Below are positions 63,761 through 64,000 of a stretch of 64,000 bases of DNA, piece after piece (the stretch's first letter is position 1; the number at the start of each line of letters is the position of its first letter). Origin of the DNA: Bacillus sp. (in: firmicutes) (GTDB taxonomy: Bacteria; Bacillota; Bacilli; Bacillales; DSM-1321); contig JBJFHG010000064.1 in assembly GCA_051893455.1 (NCBI GenBank), positions 159 through 64,158 of the forward strand, in the 5' to 3' direction. The notes below the pieces were generated by a model that did not search any database, was not told the origin of the DNA, and was given only the letters and a program-made list of their open reading frames with translations. The position numbers and the translations under genes were made by a program.

Positions 63761-64000
63761 TTTGTGAACTAAAAGAAGCCATCTCTATTTCAAAAGGTGA
63801 CTATACGATTTCTGGATTTACGAACGGGAGAGATTTTATGGATGATGTCTGGGACATTGCTCACCAGAAATGTGTAGAAAAGTGGAATCGTTACGGGGAA
63901 AATATACCCGAAGCACAGGTTGGGTATATCCATGTTTATTCCTGCAGGGACCATAGGTATACTAAATGAATGGATTCAGAATAATTTTTAGGAATTATCC

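Overview
Chromosomal window from a spore-forming Bacillaceae bacterium, syntenic with the Bacillus subtilis cheR-aroF...xpt-pbuX region. Positions 1-53.9 kb are mostly conserved core genes: cheR, aroC-aroB-aroH-hisC-tyrA-aroA (no trp operon between aroH and hisC), ypiABF, qcrABC, ypjA-D, dapB-mgsA-bshB1-bshA-cca-birA, panBCD, dinG, ypmAB-aspB, asnS, dnaD-nth-ypoC, ponA-recU, sspM/ypp/cotD spore genes, ypsA-gpsB-rnpB-ypsC, ypvA, ypwA, a b(o/a)3-type oxidase operon, and guanine-riboswitch-controlled xpt-pbuX. From about 54 kb the region is accessory and partly decayed. The most notable non-core signal is a set of three related IS1595-family elements. (1) A 209-bp MITE at 7014-7222 has an exact 8-bp target duplication and a GC-rich structured core. 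(2) A 1.33-kb element at 54489-55821 has nearly the same terminal repeat, a broken transposase and an intact lipoprotein passenger gene. (3) An older, eroded copy of the same passenger-plus-transposase unit lies at about 58388-58835. Also seen: an apparently orphan yybP-ykoY (Mn2+) riboswitch, an attenuator-like panB leader, several pseudogenes (Ser/Thr kinase, APH-family kinase, DegV, TetR), and an AT-rich penicillin-acylase-family gene. No CRISPR array, tRNA or rRNA was seen. All calls come from motif recognition and synteny; no database searches were run.
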